Source: Tubulanus polymorphus
Lineage: Eukaryota; Animalia; Nemertea
NCBI RefSeq assembly: GCF_964204645.1
Contig: NC_134028.1
Location: 3,720,001-3,784,000 of the forward strand
Length of the DNA stretch: 64,000 nt
Reading direction: 5' to 3'
Part shown: piece after piece, positions 10,563-25,500 of the stretch
Layout: every line of letters begins with the position of its first letter
How positions within the stretch are numbered: position 1 is the first letter of the stretch
Position numbers and translations under genes: made by a program
The notes under the pieces: generated by a model
Told to the model about the DNA's origin: nothing
The model's input: the letters and a program-made list of their open reading frames with translations, nothing else
The model's database searches: none

Positions 10563-13500
10563 TCAAGTAAGGTATAACAACAAGAGATAGACTGTCACAC
10601 CGAGTAGAAGGAAGATGTAAATCGAAAGACAGAATTTGTCGATTATCCTAACGACGCGAAGACATACAGTCTTACGGCTGGTCTTCGTGTTCGGCGTTAA
10701 ATCACTGGTGTCCGTGCACACGTGTTGATACGTCACCGGTTCCGGCTTATGATCCGAATCGGAATCTGTAGCCGCGATCGGAATGCCGTTGATCTGAATT
10801 TTGGTAGAATCGCGCGTTCGCTTGTGTCGGTGGCGATTCGTAATCGGGCACACTGGCAGCAGACAAGACGGCATTGTAGTCACACAAGCGGCCAACTCTC
10901 CCAGCAGTATAGATTCTACTACGGCTATAGATGACAGACACAGCAACAGCATCAGATATATTCCTGTAAATACATAAATGATACAGATTTTACACGTACA
11001 ATCACAGGTAAATTAACAATTCCATAAAAGAGGGCCGAGAATTCCATATGACACCATCATATTTCCAAGTGATCGGGATACTTCCATACATGCTGGAGCG
11101 CGTCCGGCCCCTTACAAAAAAATTACTTTTGTTGCATATTAATTTTTTCATATAAATACACAATTTTCATATAAATACATATAAAATGATTTAGCCTATT
11201 AGCACTGCTTTAGGCTAGAAAAGTCCAGAATTAATGGAAGTTAGATTTAGATCTACCAGCAGAGCATCCCCACTTTGAAAATCGCTCCGGGCCACTGAAC
11301 GGTCTATAACCTCAGCAACGTACGCACCTAAGATAGGGACTTCGTCTCCCGAACGGGGTATGCTGTCTGCTACAAGTAAAAGAAATAGGATTAATCCGAG
11401 GAAGACGTTCGTCCCGAGATTAACCCGATCACCAGAGTTCGGTGGCTGCGCGAACACTGTCAGCAACATCAACGAAAATAGTATACACGGGCAGACGATA
11501 TTCACGACGAAATATAAACTCTTCCGTTTGAAGCCTAAAGTAACTACAATAACGGGGAAGAATTCTCCGTCATCTCTGGCTGGGTGATGTTCTTCGTGCA
11601 GGTCCACGTCGTTCGGTAGTAAAGACCAAATGTTACTTTCCGTATAGTAAACGAGTGCCGTGCTGTGGTTGTTGACCACCGTGAAATGCATTTCACTGAC
11701 GTACGTCGCCCATGCGATAAGCCGCAATTCGCAAGATTGCTTATCGAATGGAAACATGCGCATGCTCATTTTGCACATGGTTTGAAAAGTTCCTCCGGGC
11801 TCCCATCTTATTCTGCCGTCGTTTCCGAGACGTATCGTTAGCACGGTGTCACGCAATAGTTCCAACTTCCCGTCGGCTCTAGAAAATACAAAAATAACAA
11901 TACAGCGCTCATATAAATAAATCCTCTAGGCATCATCTTTAGTGAGCGGCCGGAAAAGCACAGAACAAATGCCATATCGAGTCCAATTGATTAAATTAGC
12001 CATTCTCGATAGAATTAGGTGAGGAAATACATTGCTCGTCTGGTTTTTCTCGGGCTAAATCAAGTAAGCATCGAGTGGTCGTAAAAATGATTAACTAAAC
12101 AATGTGAAAAAGTTACCAACGAATTTGATGGATTTGATATCCTACCCTGTGACAGACCTAGGTGTTGAAGGCTCGTGATAAAGAATGCTTGCGCTCCCCC
12201 CTCCCCCCATGGCAGTTGGCTAAGGAAAGAAGACGAACTAGGTGAAATGTTAATCAATTTCTACTGGAATTTTAATCATCGCCTTCTTGATATAGACTGG
12301 ATAACCTCAATCACTTTTATGTTCAAATATATGGACAGAAAACATCAAATATAAAGATGAAAACCATGCGTATGTATAACTGTCGGTTGGGCCATCGTCT
12401 GGTAGAACTAAAACCAATAAAAAATGCTCGGAACAAAACAAGACAAAGATCGTCCCGCTCAGCAAGAAGCTTAGCTACATCGACCCTTGTAAATGCCTCG
12501 AACGAAATAAGATTCGCACACAATCGACGCGCCGAATATCCATCTCACACGACAGAAAAAAATGTAATTAATGATTCTCATTTTGTTGATGCTATCAATC
12601 AGGTCCCTAAATATCGAGCGTCATGCAATTACCGAAAAACCCTCGTGGCCACTCATTTTATTCATGAACTATGAATTAACGATTTACCCGAAGAGCTCGT
12701 CAGCGTCTACTTAGAGCTCGAAACAGCGTCATTATCAGCAATCGTGCAAATAGGTGAGTCTAAGATGGGGCGACAAAGACTTAGCGCATGGGTTTTTTAG
12801 TATATACAGTAGACGAATAATACAGTAGACGAAAAATACGAACTAAATTTGATAGTATAATTTCAAATTCGAAGTGTGGGATTTCTTCATTTATATACAG
12901 TAGACTTCGCTCAAGTCGGATCTTTTGGGACCTTAAACATTGTGTCCGACTTGAGAGTGATATCCGAGTTTGATGTTTTGCATTTCAAAGTGTTACAAAA
13001 AAGTATTTAAAAAACATCCAAGTTGAACGGTTATCCGAGTTGATCGGATCCGGCTGGGCGAAGTCTACTGTATTTCTAATCTTATTATGGAAAACATTTT
13101 TCGAAAATTATGTTTTAAATACTTAACGATGCTGTTATTTTAGTCAGTTAGCTGGCAGCAGAAAGATACGGCAGATGGAATTCGAAATCGAATCGACTTG
13201 GAAATTGAAACTTCGATGGTAATGACCAAATAAGTAATCTACTAATCGCAATAACCGAATTAGATCGCGTATCGGGATCGTTCGAGATGACGTAACCTGC
13301 TAACGCGAGCAGCGTAGAACAAATTTCTCGCTACGATAAAATCGTGTTAGTGACGATAATGATCGACAACGAGAACTTTATTTACGAGACAGCGCGACAC
13401 ATGATGCTCGTGTTTCAAGCCTTTGATCAGTGGAAATAAGGAAGGGTCATTCCGAAGATGTTAACTCACAAAAATACTGACAAAAATACGAACTAATAAA

Positions 13501-16500
13501 CAAGAACAGTTACACTGTAATCTTGTTATAGTTCTTTTAAAGTCTTGTGTGCTGAATATCGCAGACTAAACATTTCCATTTCATCAAAGTACGCCATGCA
13601 TTATTCTTACCTATCCAGCAAGACTAAATCCGGTAACCAAATCTGATCGGAGATGATAGTTAAAGATGATATATCTCCGTAGTCTTCCGGGTCCCAGACG
13701 AGTCGATGATCAACCCAGCTCTGCAAATTGAAATTTATTACCTATCACATACGTTTGGTAGAACCATTTATTAGCACTTTAATGTTCCGAGGTTTACCGT
13801 TTCCGTCCTCGAGATTTATGGAATTCTTATTAATTGCTAACTTCTCAAAAACTTGTTGCAACACAGCAATATCTTTGTTCTTCACACACACACGATCAGA
13901 TTTCACTTTTTTGAAACTCTCTAGTGTCTGGACGATGTTTTATGTCAAGTCGTGTATATAAACACACCTCTCGCACATCGCATGGCATCGAACTTTACCG
14001 GCAACGGCCTTAAACAGATCCGGGTCATCATTAAAAAACGCTGTTTTCGAACGGAAGCGTTTTCGTTTTACTAGCTTTTAGGCGATCGAAACGCGATATT
14101 TGCGTTGTTCGAGTTTTTGTGGAGATGCTTCTGACATTTAAGCGCCGAGTCTCGCATTTATAGTCTCTGCCTTGGAATTTGGCTTGATCGTCGCTAATAC
14201 TGAGTTACTACAGTAATTGGCTATGTTTAATTTCCTAGCAGAGAAGTGCTGTGCTAATTGCACTTCCATTTGTCCTGCACCGCTCCAGGGGGGGGGGGTG
14301 ATAGGGTGTAGGTTAGCGGGATTTCATTTGCTTGGAATTAAAGGGCGCACTTTTTAAGGAAAAAGGAGTTGAAGCACGGCGAACTCATATGTATTATGTA
14401 CTCGTATTCGTGTCTTGGTGAAATAAGGCCAGTGCAAAGCGTTCACACTGGTGCCAAATACGTCCGTGACGGTTTAGACGAAAACATTGGACTAGGCCCA
14501 TGCCAAATTTCAGCGCGGTTCAAGTCGCTCCATGTGAACGCTAACCAGGTTCTTGAAGTGACTCGCTAACCTAAGCAATTTGTTCATATCAGTTTGGTAT
14601 CGATTTAGTGATTAACGCATTCTCTAATTCTTAAATCAAACACGGGCCAAATTTGACTCCTGTCTCGAGCCAAATCGTCTCCGTGTGATCGTGGCTTATA
14701 TCTACTTACGATCAGAAAAACGAACGCTGACGTCATCACTTGTTTGACTTCATCCTGAAGAAGAAAATAAATACGCACGATCAATATCATAGAAACCGGA
14801 ACCGACCGATGGAGGATGTTATTAAGTATTAATCGGTCACGTGAGTCGAATGACATTTTGAGGCATTACCGGAGATATACGATCGGTAGTACGGTAAACA
14901 AAGGATCAGAAACCGATCAAATATCATTTAGATTTTTATAGGTTAGATCATGGACTCTAAAACGAGAGTTTTAGAGTCCATGGCTAGATTGTCTTATTGA
15001 CAGCACGTGCAGGTAAAATAAGGCATTATTTGCCGTTGTACAACAATGCACTGCTCATAATGCCGTTAATGCACCCATTCGTTCGTTTAACCTTGTTTTC
15101 TCTACAGGTGGAAGTATTTGAGCATATTCACGAGCTTATTGATATTTGTACAGAATCGATCTCTAAGCGACAGGGAGAGAAAGAGAAGCATCATCATCTC
15201 TCGCGTATGTGTCCTTGGGGACTCCTTTCTCGTTGCTATTCTCTCGAAAGAAACGCAGTAGACATTACTCCGGGTAGCTTTTAAAAAAGGAAAAATTACT
15301 CGCACAAATCAAAGGCAAATGACGCTTTTGATTAAAATGCTGACAAAATCGACGACGACCATTTATAATTTGCAAAACAGATACAGACGCGGGTAAGACC
15401 TTGACGACCTTGAATAACCTTATCGCCCTCAAGCAACTTCTGCTTTCAAAGGTGGAGTTTCATTTTTCACGCTAGAAGAGGGCGTGCAGATTAAGACAAG
15501 GTTGATTGAAACTCGGCATTGTGGCAACTTAGCCGATCCCATACATTACATCGTCTCCACACTATCCTAAATAGCAAGACATTGTTTCTAGTTTTTGGCC
15601 ACATTAGATTGATATTTGCTTTAAATAAAAGGCCACATAGAAGTCGTGTCTTTGGTGGCGGCTATTTTCAGGAATGATTGATGAGACCCTAATACGTAAT
15701 TTGTCTTTGGCAGCCGTGACGATAACCTCTGGTAAACACTAATTATAAGTTATAGTCTGTGAACACGTTTATCTGGACAGGTAAACGATCGGAAAAGACA
15801 AACAAACATGTATCGGTTAAGTCTTGTGGTTCTAAATGTTATATAGCCATGCTGGTTAGTATGAGTCTGGTCATTATGTGTTAGAGCACTAGTTGGTCTC
15901 AACACTGCAATTACGGCCAGTTTGATGCGTAATTTCGCCAGCAATGCTGGAAGACAGGTTCTCAGGTTTATCATATTCACGATAGCCATGGTTGGATATA
16001 ATGGATAAGACGTGACATTTTGATCAACGATAGATTGAAATGTCATGTTCGTAAATGACATCGGTCTCACGGCGCTTAAACTAATTCCTTATTTGCGGGG
16101 AATTCGGTGTAGAAAACGGTAACACGTCCGTAAGGTGGTAATTACCAAATGGCCACTCAAAATATCGCGTCTTGCATAAGTCTTAAATTTAGTCACGTTG
16201 ACAATAATTGTCTGTGGACTTGTTTCCTCCAAACGCTTTACGATCTTCAGGAGCAAATCCTGGAATTTCGAATTTCGTGGACCTAGTTGTACACTTGATA
16301 GGGGGTTTGGGGTAACCTCCTCAAATCCGCAGAATCTGCCTCTGACCTTACCACTATTTCATCAGCACTCTCGTTCATTTTCGTTTTTGACGAATGGCGC
16401 AAGGCCATTAATATACAGACGTAAGCTTATCAGCTGGTAATACGGTTGCTGAGATTAATCGTCATCAATACATGCCGATCTGGTGGTAAAGTGCCCGGGG

Positions 16501-19500
16501 CAAATGGCCGTCTCATTTTTCGCAGCTAGTCTCCACATTAGTCCGCGACTAGTGTGGTGATTTCAAATACCCGTTGGGTGATGGAAATCCCGCGGCATCC
16601 AAATTGCAACGACGTCGTCGAAATAATTCGATTATTTCCGACGGCATTCCGACACCCCATGAATCTGTCTTTGCGTCGACAGGTACATTTCATACAGACT
16701 TATTGATTTACACAATGTGTTGACCTCTTAAAGCTGATATCAAAAAGGTCAATGTCCAATAAGTGAAATGCGCAAAACATAGATAAAATCAAAATACATG
16801 TACATATTTTTGGTGATATAGGTATCAGCATTCGTTTTTACGATTGCTCGTGAACGCATTAAAAAAAAGCCGCGCAATACTGCATTCATTTTCGTTCTGT
16901 TCGAAGCTAGAAATGCCAAATGCGTCGATTGCATTTACATCAAAGCTAAGGAAACACTCGGCGAACAGGGATGATGACATCGCGGCGACGAAACGCCGGG
17001 TCTCAAAGAATTACAGGGCGCGTTTAATAATGTTTTGTTACGGTTACACGTCAAACGTATTTCTCACGTGTAAAAACCGTCTTTGAAAGGAGAAAAAAAG
17101 ACTGCTCTTTCTAGTGCGAAAATATCTGGCATTAGAACTCGACGTTATAATCCTAGGCTTGTTTGAACATCGGAAATGTTGGCCGGCACTTTGAAAAAGC
17201 AGATATCCCCGTCGTAACGCTGGAGTTTATACATTGTGTTAGCATTTTTTAATAAACCCTATGTGATAATGAGATATTCGCTTCAAAGCTCGAAGTACAG
17301 ATAAAAAACCCACAATATCCACGTTGAACAACTATAAATGTACAGTGACATTTCGGGTCATGTGCTTACCCAACCTCATAGATTTATTTGAAATAATCTA
17401 AAAAATCTCCGAAAGGGATAAGCATTCTAACGCCAGTGTAACCGATTTGTAATTGTTAATCGTCAACATTGTGGGTTTTCTATTTATATCCTGCTCAGAT
17501 GAATTATTCAATTTATTACTGAGATGGTATTTTCCGTTTTCAGTCAGTTCCTCGACAACTTATCAAACGTATTGTACGAATTAGTAACAGTCAATTACTA
17601 GCTTTATTTCCCGCTGCAAATGCTGTGATCGTTTTGGTTTTTAGTTTATCGGAAATGCGCCGTTAATCGTTTTAACACTGGTGTTTGCTTTCACACGTTT
17701 TTAAAATGAATATTCGTCATCTAACGTCGACAATCCGCTGCAGGGTGTTACATAGCGATCGAGGCAGTTCTCAAGTTCACAGTTTGGAATCCTCTCTTCG
17801 CGAGAACACTCTCGTCGTTCGCCGATAGGCAAAAAAAAAACGTTTTCAAACCAAATCACTATTAAACGGAATCTCGTTTTCCATGGAGTGCCGCGTTCTC
17901 CACTTTTTAATCTACAGTTCGGTACTTTAATTGCTTTCTTGCATTTTCTGAGAACAGTCAACGCACAAAGGGCATCGAGCAGATCACGATTGACAAGAAC
18001 GAACATTCAAGAATCGAACACGCAATCCTCACGTACATAGCAATTATCTAGACATAGTAAACGAAGTCACAGCTCTCAGATATAAACTTAAATCTGACAA
18101 ATTTGTGTTGAATGTCAACTTAACGGTTTCATTTTTTCGACTAATCCTGACCTGTGGCATCTTAAAATTGCCTTAACGTCATTGAGCAATACGTGTCTAG
18201 CAGTATCAGAGCTCCCCGAGGAAAGCCATGATTATACACAGGGCGACGTCGGGCTGTCATCATTGAGATGTCTCGACTGTGTTATTGCCAATGCGTTCCC
18301 AAAGGCGTAATCGTCCGTCGAAACTAAGATTATACAAAATAAACCAATTTTCGAAGGTTTTCCAGAAGAAAATTATTGTATTCGAATCCTTGCTCGACTA
18401 GAAAAAAAATATACGCTTTGAATCTAAATTCTTGGAGATGGTTCCAGTCCGTGGAATTCGGTAAAGCGTGTTTGCCTACAAAGACGACTGAAACCACCAT
18501 TTGAAAGGCGAACAAGCAGAAACACACAAAGATATCAAAGATGCGTAGACACGTAGCTCGCGACCTCTGATCAAATAACAGTGTGATCAAACGCAAAGGC
18601 TAATAATGTTTTTTTACATGTTATCAGATAACTGTCCTTAACGGAGAAATCACACAGCTCAAATAGAGATTATTTAGTGGTATGCAATGATAAACGTCAA
18701 TGTCAAGTGTAGCTGTTAATGACGTTTCGCTTAGTGATCAGATACATATTTGTCATATCATATCATATCATATCACAACCAGGGATTCCAATCGAATTGC
18801 AAATATAGAACCTTTCTCACGTGATGAGACCGTTTTTACGCATTGCGTCACGTAATATTATGTTTCATCGTAGATTATCAGTGCTGGAGTACTAAGCCAC
18901 GATCCCACGAGCGTTTTTGACCCAGACCAAATTCGACCAACCGTTCAAATGGTGCCAAGGGCCCCGGCCTCTTTGACACGGGCCAATGTTGGCCCGACAA
19001 AAAACATTGGGTCAAATTACTTCGTATGATTGGTAACTGGTTCTAGAAGATGATCTGATCATTTACAAATGTTGCATTGTAATGACCGTCAATATGGCGT
19101 CGATCAATAAAAAAAATGGCACGATATCCATAAAGGATTTATATCTGACAAATCCCGATTAGCTCCTCATTATTATGTAATATAGTAGGTTTTTTTTCGC
19201 AAGTCTTAAGCTCTGAAATCGAAACTGTAACATGTCAGTACAATGAGGACGTTTTTGACAGAACTCGGTCGCAAGGACGCGTCGAGTGTCGCCGCTTGGA
19301 TTTATAATTGAACGACTTCTCGTCGCTCATCACAACCGAACACGCGACAGGCAGGGAAGTTTAATTACTACCGATTTATATTTAGACGACATATGACACT
19401 ATAATTCCTGAATTTATAAGATGATTTTTTACTATTCAACGTCGAATTTATACGCGAACGAGGTAGAAGAAAGGGGATTACAACAAGCAGCGAAATAATC

Positions 19501-22500
19501 CTTCATTTCTGTGAACTCCGTCATAATCGGATTCATTGATCGCGATAGTTATTTATGTGAGACTCGCAACGCGCGACGCAACACGAGTTTTAATCGAAAG
19601 TCTCTGAATCATCTGCACAACTTCAACATTGTTACTATATTCTCATGTGAAGTAACGAACGGTTATCGTAATTTCAATAACGCTAACAGCAGGCAGCTAT
19701 CTTCAATAGTTTTATCGAAAATCATTAGCCATTATTCACGCGCGTACCGCTGGAATTAGACTAATATCATAGTAATTTCGCATATAGATTTTAATAGTTC
19801 ACACGTGTGTGCGGCACCTACTTGCTGTTCAGTTCGGCCATATATCCTGGATGGAACCTTCGCAAATTCCAAGATTCGTAGCATGACCATAGACTATTGA
19901 AGCCTTTTCTCTAGCTCATGCCGTGGACAAACAGTGGAACTCGCTTACACAAATTTGTTTTGATTATCAAATTGATCAATCAAAAGTTTCATTCCACCCC
20001 ATGTGTGCGACTAACATTTCGCATACATCAAACGTTTAATAAATAAAGACATTATTAATAACTTGAAGGTATTGAAATTACATTCAATAATGCAATATAT
20101 ATTTCCGATTTTCTATCGGTAAAAGGCTGGTTAGTGTTCGATTGAAATATCAATAAATGAACTCGACAAAGTAATTCTCACGGAGCAAGGGGTACCATAA
20201 AGATCTTTACGTGTTATCGATATGCTATTCGATAATGTTCAGGCGCGTTGAAAGCAATGTTTTATTGCTGCGGCCAAATGCCGATTTTGGACAGATCTTA
20301 ATATTGCCGCGGCGAATTAACGTTAAAAAACGTGGTATTCAAAGAAAAAAAACGTCATTCGGTAAATTATTGCCGCGGCTTTGGCCGCTGCAGTCGCTGC
20401 ACTTCCAACGTCACTGATGTTTGGTTTTTTCGATCCATTACTCACAAGACACACTCAACGCATTAATGACGAATATTAATACACATAATACGGAACGCGC
20501 ATATGATAATTCTTGCCATTAAGGAAATTCTCTTCGCGTATTCGTAAAAAAACGTCTGACGTACTAGAAACTACCGGTGAGACAGTGTCTTCACATTCCT
20601 ATTTCAGCGCCACTCTAGTAAAAGCATCGAATTCCCCACAGGCGTTTGATGAACGATTTTATCCGCGCTATAACAATGTAGCGGAAAAGAAGTGATTTCC
20701 GAAGTTTATCCGTCTCCAAGGGCCGTGATTTGTTGTTTTACGGCACTCGGCGGAATTCGGTGGTTGATTTTGTCGATATATCGGAGGCGAAACTACGTAT
20801 AATTCCTCGTATTATAAAACAAAAAACGTAGACTATATACACGCGAAATACACCTGGGGATCGTAAAATTTGGAATTACACCTCATCTATCTACTGAAAG
20901 TTTTCTAATATTTAAAAAAAACTTAGATATCGTTATTCAAAGCTATTCAAACTGTCAACGGCAAAAAATGAAAATCTGCGATAAAACAGTCTCGGTGGAT
21001 TGGGCGTATTTGATACAGCTGCATGTTCGGTCGCACGAATCCGGATATATTGTGTCTACGACGTTACCTTTATCCGCCGCCGGTCGATATGTCTCGCCTC
21101 CAGACGGAAATCATTTCGCAAATACAAAGACCTTATCACGTCACTTCCGTCGAATATACAGGCGGTCCCGGCGAGACGCCATTTGGTTTCGTATTAATTT
21201 GACCGGTCCCGCCACTAGAATAGATACATATCTAAACGCATCATGATATCGTTGTAATAAAGCTTGCTTGAATTCAAATTCAATAATTCGTTTTTTACAG
21301 TTACGTAATGTTTGTTCTTTTTGTTTATTTTTAGAATTGGCTGGAAATCGTAGACCGTTATCTTCCCCATATTCCGACTAATTGGGAACGTAACTCACGG
21401 TGAAGAGCCATAAACGACATTTGCATACGCTGCCTAGCTATCAATCATTAGCGAAATTTACCTTTCCCAGACAGCTTAGTGGCAATGACATAAAACCAAC
21501 ATTTTCCTTATATGTAAACCGTAGCAATCTTAGAGCAATCAATTATTAGTTGTGTCTCTCTTTCCGTCTAGTGTCCGTATGCATATATGTAGCGACAAGC
21601 GTCACACGCATTAAATTGATATTGTCGTTAGGCAGGATTCGCTTTGAAGTATATACGAAAATAACCTATCCTGCTTCCTACGGAAACCTAACGAACCCAA
21701 AAATATGTGCTCTAAGAATATCAATTATGATATCAAACGATGCGATCCCTGATGAAACTAGATTAGTTTTACTATTAGCGTAGGATGAAAAATCGAATTA
21801 TTGTAATTGAGTGCGAACAATTCAATTTGCCATTTTTTCGCCGTCTCAAAAATTACGATTTGTTATTCATTCCGTTACTGGTATATCTTTTGCCTTATTA
21901 AGATAATGAAAAGGCATGACTTTTCTCGCGTCAATTTTACTTAGACGGCGTCTGTCAAAACAGCTTTTGCAGCATATGCTGTAGAATTAAGCTGTTTTTG
22001 TACTCATAACTTAATCAATCTCCGCGGTCAAATAAGGCTTAATACGCGACGTTTTGCTCGTATTTGACAACATTCTTCTGATCACAAAATCTACCAATAT
22101 TAAGATGTCTGAATCTGAACCATCTGAATTTCTGATATTTGGTCGTATATCTTATTTCTGTATTATGCAGATTTCTCAGTCGGGAGAAATATATGGACTG
22201 CTGGCTACTTTAAATCATCTAGTTCTGTATCAAACAAAGTTCACTGCTTTCGACGTGAAGATAAATCAAATCTATTACATCAAATTGAAGAAACTGTAAA
22301 CGGCTTTTCACGACCATTGAAATGGTAGGTTTAATTGATCAGCTTTGCCAAAACCGGTATTCATTTTATCAGACGGCGCTGAAGGCCGATCTGTTTCTTT
22401 AATGCATACCTAATAGAAATTCTCCGCCAACGATGGATTTGAAAACCCGATAAAATTCTCATTTGAATCGAATTTGAACTTTGGAGTATCAGTTAAGCAT

Positions 22501-25500
22501 CTTTAAGTGTTGTTACGGGACTATGTACCGAAGAGGAAATAACAGCCTCGTAGACTAAACCATTCGTGCGCCAAGGTAATATAGAACTGTATAATTTCTT
22601 CGGCCAGGAATTTGAAGAAATGTAAGACTAGTGACGATAATTGAGCATGAAATTATACATGGCTTGCAGTTACCATTTTTGTAATTCAGTTTCTCACCGA
22701 CGCATCAAACGTCTCTTGTTGCGTCTCATCTATTAGCGAATATCGAGCCGTCTAGATATCACGGTTGAAGATCGACGGCCCAGTTCTGATATCGATGACA
22801 CCTTCAGAAATATCATTCGGAATCTCACGGCAGTTGAGAGCAATTTCTCATCATGACATCATCTCGCGGTGACTTCTTGTGTACGAAACTATACAACTTC
22901 AAAACAACTTGTCCGCGGTTTGGAAAGGTTAGAGATGACATTATTCGATTGGCTGTCTGAACGTCTGGAGATACGTAGCAATAAACTTCTATCGTCGAAA
23001 TATTCGCTTGCTTTCTTATTCGAGCAAAAGACAGTTGTGAAAATCAACGTATGAAATTGTATCCATTTTATTACTAATGTTTAGAATTAAGTATTCTGAT
23101 TGACCACGGTATGTGATAATCCCTCCTTGATTAGTAAACGAATTCAAACGGATGCTCGGTTTGCATTCCATCTATATAACCTGAACAGGTCATGTCCGCT
23201 TTCATCGCGCGGTTAAAAGATGCGCCTCGTCTGGGGGAAAATGGAGAACGTCTACGCCGGAAGTGAAAACAATAAGCATCCGCCCGAAACCCGTAGGATC
23301 TCATCAAACAAATCCCGGTAATTTCGCGAAGATTCTTTCCGATATCTTTTTCCTGCTGGATTTGAAATCTCATTTATATCGGCGAGTGCAGACAATTCTG
23401 AATAGCTACTGTTTAGTTTTTAGATGAGAAAACAGTGGACTGAAAAGTAGTTATTGGTTTCTCACACATAAATGGAAATGTCAACGCTAGCATCGATTCC
23501 CGGTGGATATCTGCCCGAAACTTAATATAGAAAATACCAATAGTTGTAATGCTGTGAGATGATTGGGCGGGAGACGCGAAGTCTCAAAATCCGGACACTT
23601 AAGACGGATGGACCAGTGTCTTACTGATATGTTCAGATACCGTATGTTTATACGATTGATCTTCCATAAATACACCACTGCAGTGACGGCCGAGCGTTTA
23701 ATAACTTGGAGAATTTTACCGTTACGAAGATACACGCAAAGTGTCAATTAATTTTGTTCATTAAATCTATCAAAGGATTTCACCATATGGCGTAGTATTA
23801 CTGATCATCAAACCCTTGTTCTACTGATTACGGCTATTCAGCAGTAATATTGTAACTTGTACAAAGTACAGTATACAAATATCGTTCATGTAATACATAA
23901 TATAATATAGTGGCAATACGAATATAGTCATAAAGGCCACACCTTTTCCTCGACCTGGTCACACCTATATCACTAGTTTAAAAATATCGGCCTTGTTTTA
24001 GCTATAGAATCTGATTAACCAAATCTGTATTTGATCTTGATCTCCGTAAGAAGTGATCAGAGGAGCCGGGAAGTGAGCCGGGGATAAATGATGCTGCCGC
24101 ACATTGGGTAAGTGACAATGAAGTTACGCGGACTCAGCGGAGATCGAACCCGGTCTCGTGCGAAGAAAGCAAACGTGCTAACCAGTAGACCAGTAGAACT
24201 AGTCCACACGGCCAGTGCTTATACAGCTTGTCGTTTATGCGTAACAGGGCAAGACGTATCTCTGGTCCGGTGTCTTGATATTTCGTCGCGATATTTCTCA
24301 CTGACTGATGGGTTCATTGTCCTAAGTCAGTCTTGCAAATTTCCCTCATCTACAGGGAAAATATAAATTACAGACGCATCTCTCGAGAATTTATAATTAA
24401 TCGCTTTGACGTCAATCGATCATTGTCGAGAGGAAGAGATATGAAAATGGAATTCTAATGTGAATTTATCAAGGAATTGACGGACGTCAATCGTGTACTC
24501 AAAAAGCGATTTCATATTTGTTCAAACGCTTTTCTATACGGTGAGAAAAAATGCGCACGCAGTGAAGGAGCTGAACGAGTCTTAAGTTATTCAAATCTTG
24601 TCGCGTGAAGTAACGAATTCAAACAATCATTACGATATGAAAGGTTTTCGTACAAATTTCATTTTCATGTGTGTCGAATAATGAACCATCGGTGATATCA
24701 ATTATTTTTCTCTTGTCGTCAATTTCGCTTCACTGAATTCAACGACGAAAGATCATCAAAAAACGATGAATACATTCATATATGGCATCATTGCGATAAC
24801 AATTATGATGTAAGCTTTCGATTTTTGAACGTTAGATATCAAATTCAACGTGATGTTTCTGTGAAGTTAATCATTGATAAATCGAATTAAATCAGTGAAA
24901 ATTTCTTTTGGTTTTAATTTTAATTTTTTAAAGAATAATGTAAAGAAGTCATCGAGTAAACTACTAGCGATCCTAGCGGACCCTCGATTGCCACAGTAAT
25001 CGTGTTGCTCCCACAAATGACTGAAGCTTAAAACAAATGGAAATTGAACTGCGACCAAAAGAAAACATCGTAGGCTTAGAATGATCCGAGAAACTATCCG
25101 ACTGAGTGACGTATCTAATTAGATTTTCGCCTTCATCGATCGATTCAGTATCAGTTTAAGTTGCGCAATTCTCGTTTCAGTGAATATTAATCAAATAATT
25201 CTACTGGTTTTTAATCATGATTATGAAGTTTGTGGTCAATCTTATATCGATAAACGTTAATCAAAACTTTTGAACCCAGTTAGCAGTGAAATACATTTGG
25301 TCTGATATTTGGAAAGTGCTCTCTCTTTTTCTTCCATGGGTGCTTGCTGTCGTGGCGTTTTGGTTTTTGCTCGGCCCTCATCAAAAGGCCTTCTAAATTT
25401 TATTTTTGTTTTTTTCGTAAATATTCTAAACCAGGTCCATTAGCTTTTTTATGAAATAAATTGAAACTGAAATTGATGTCAGTACCAGGGCCAAGTTGTA

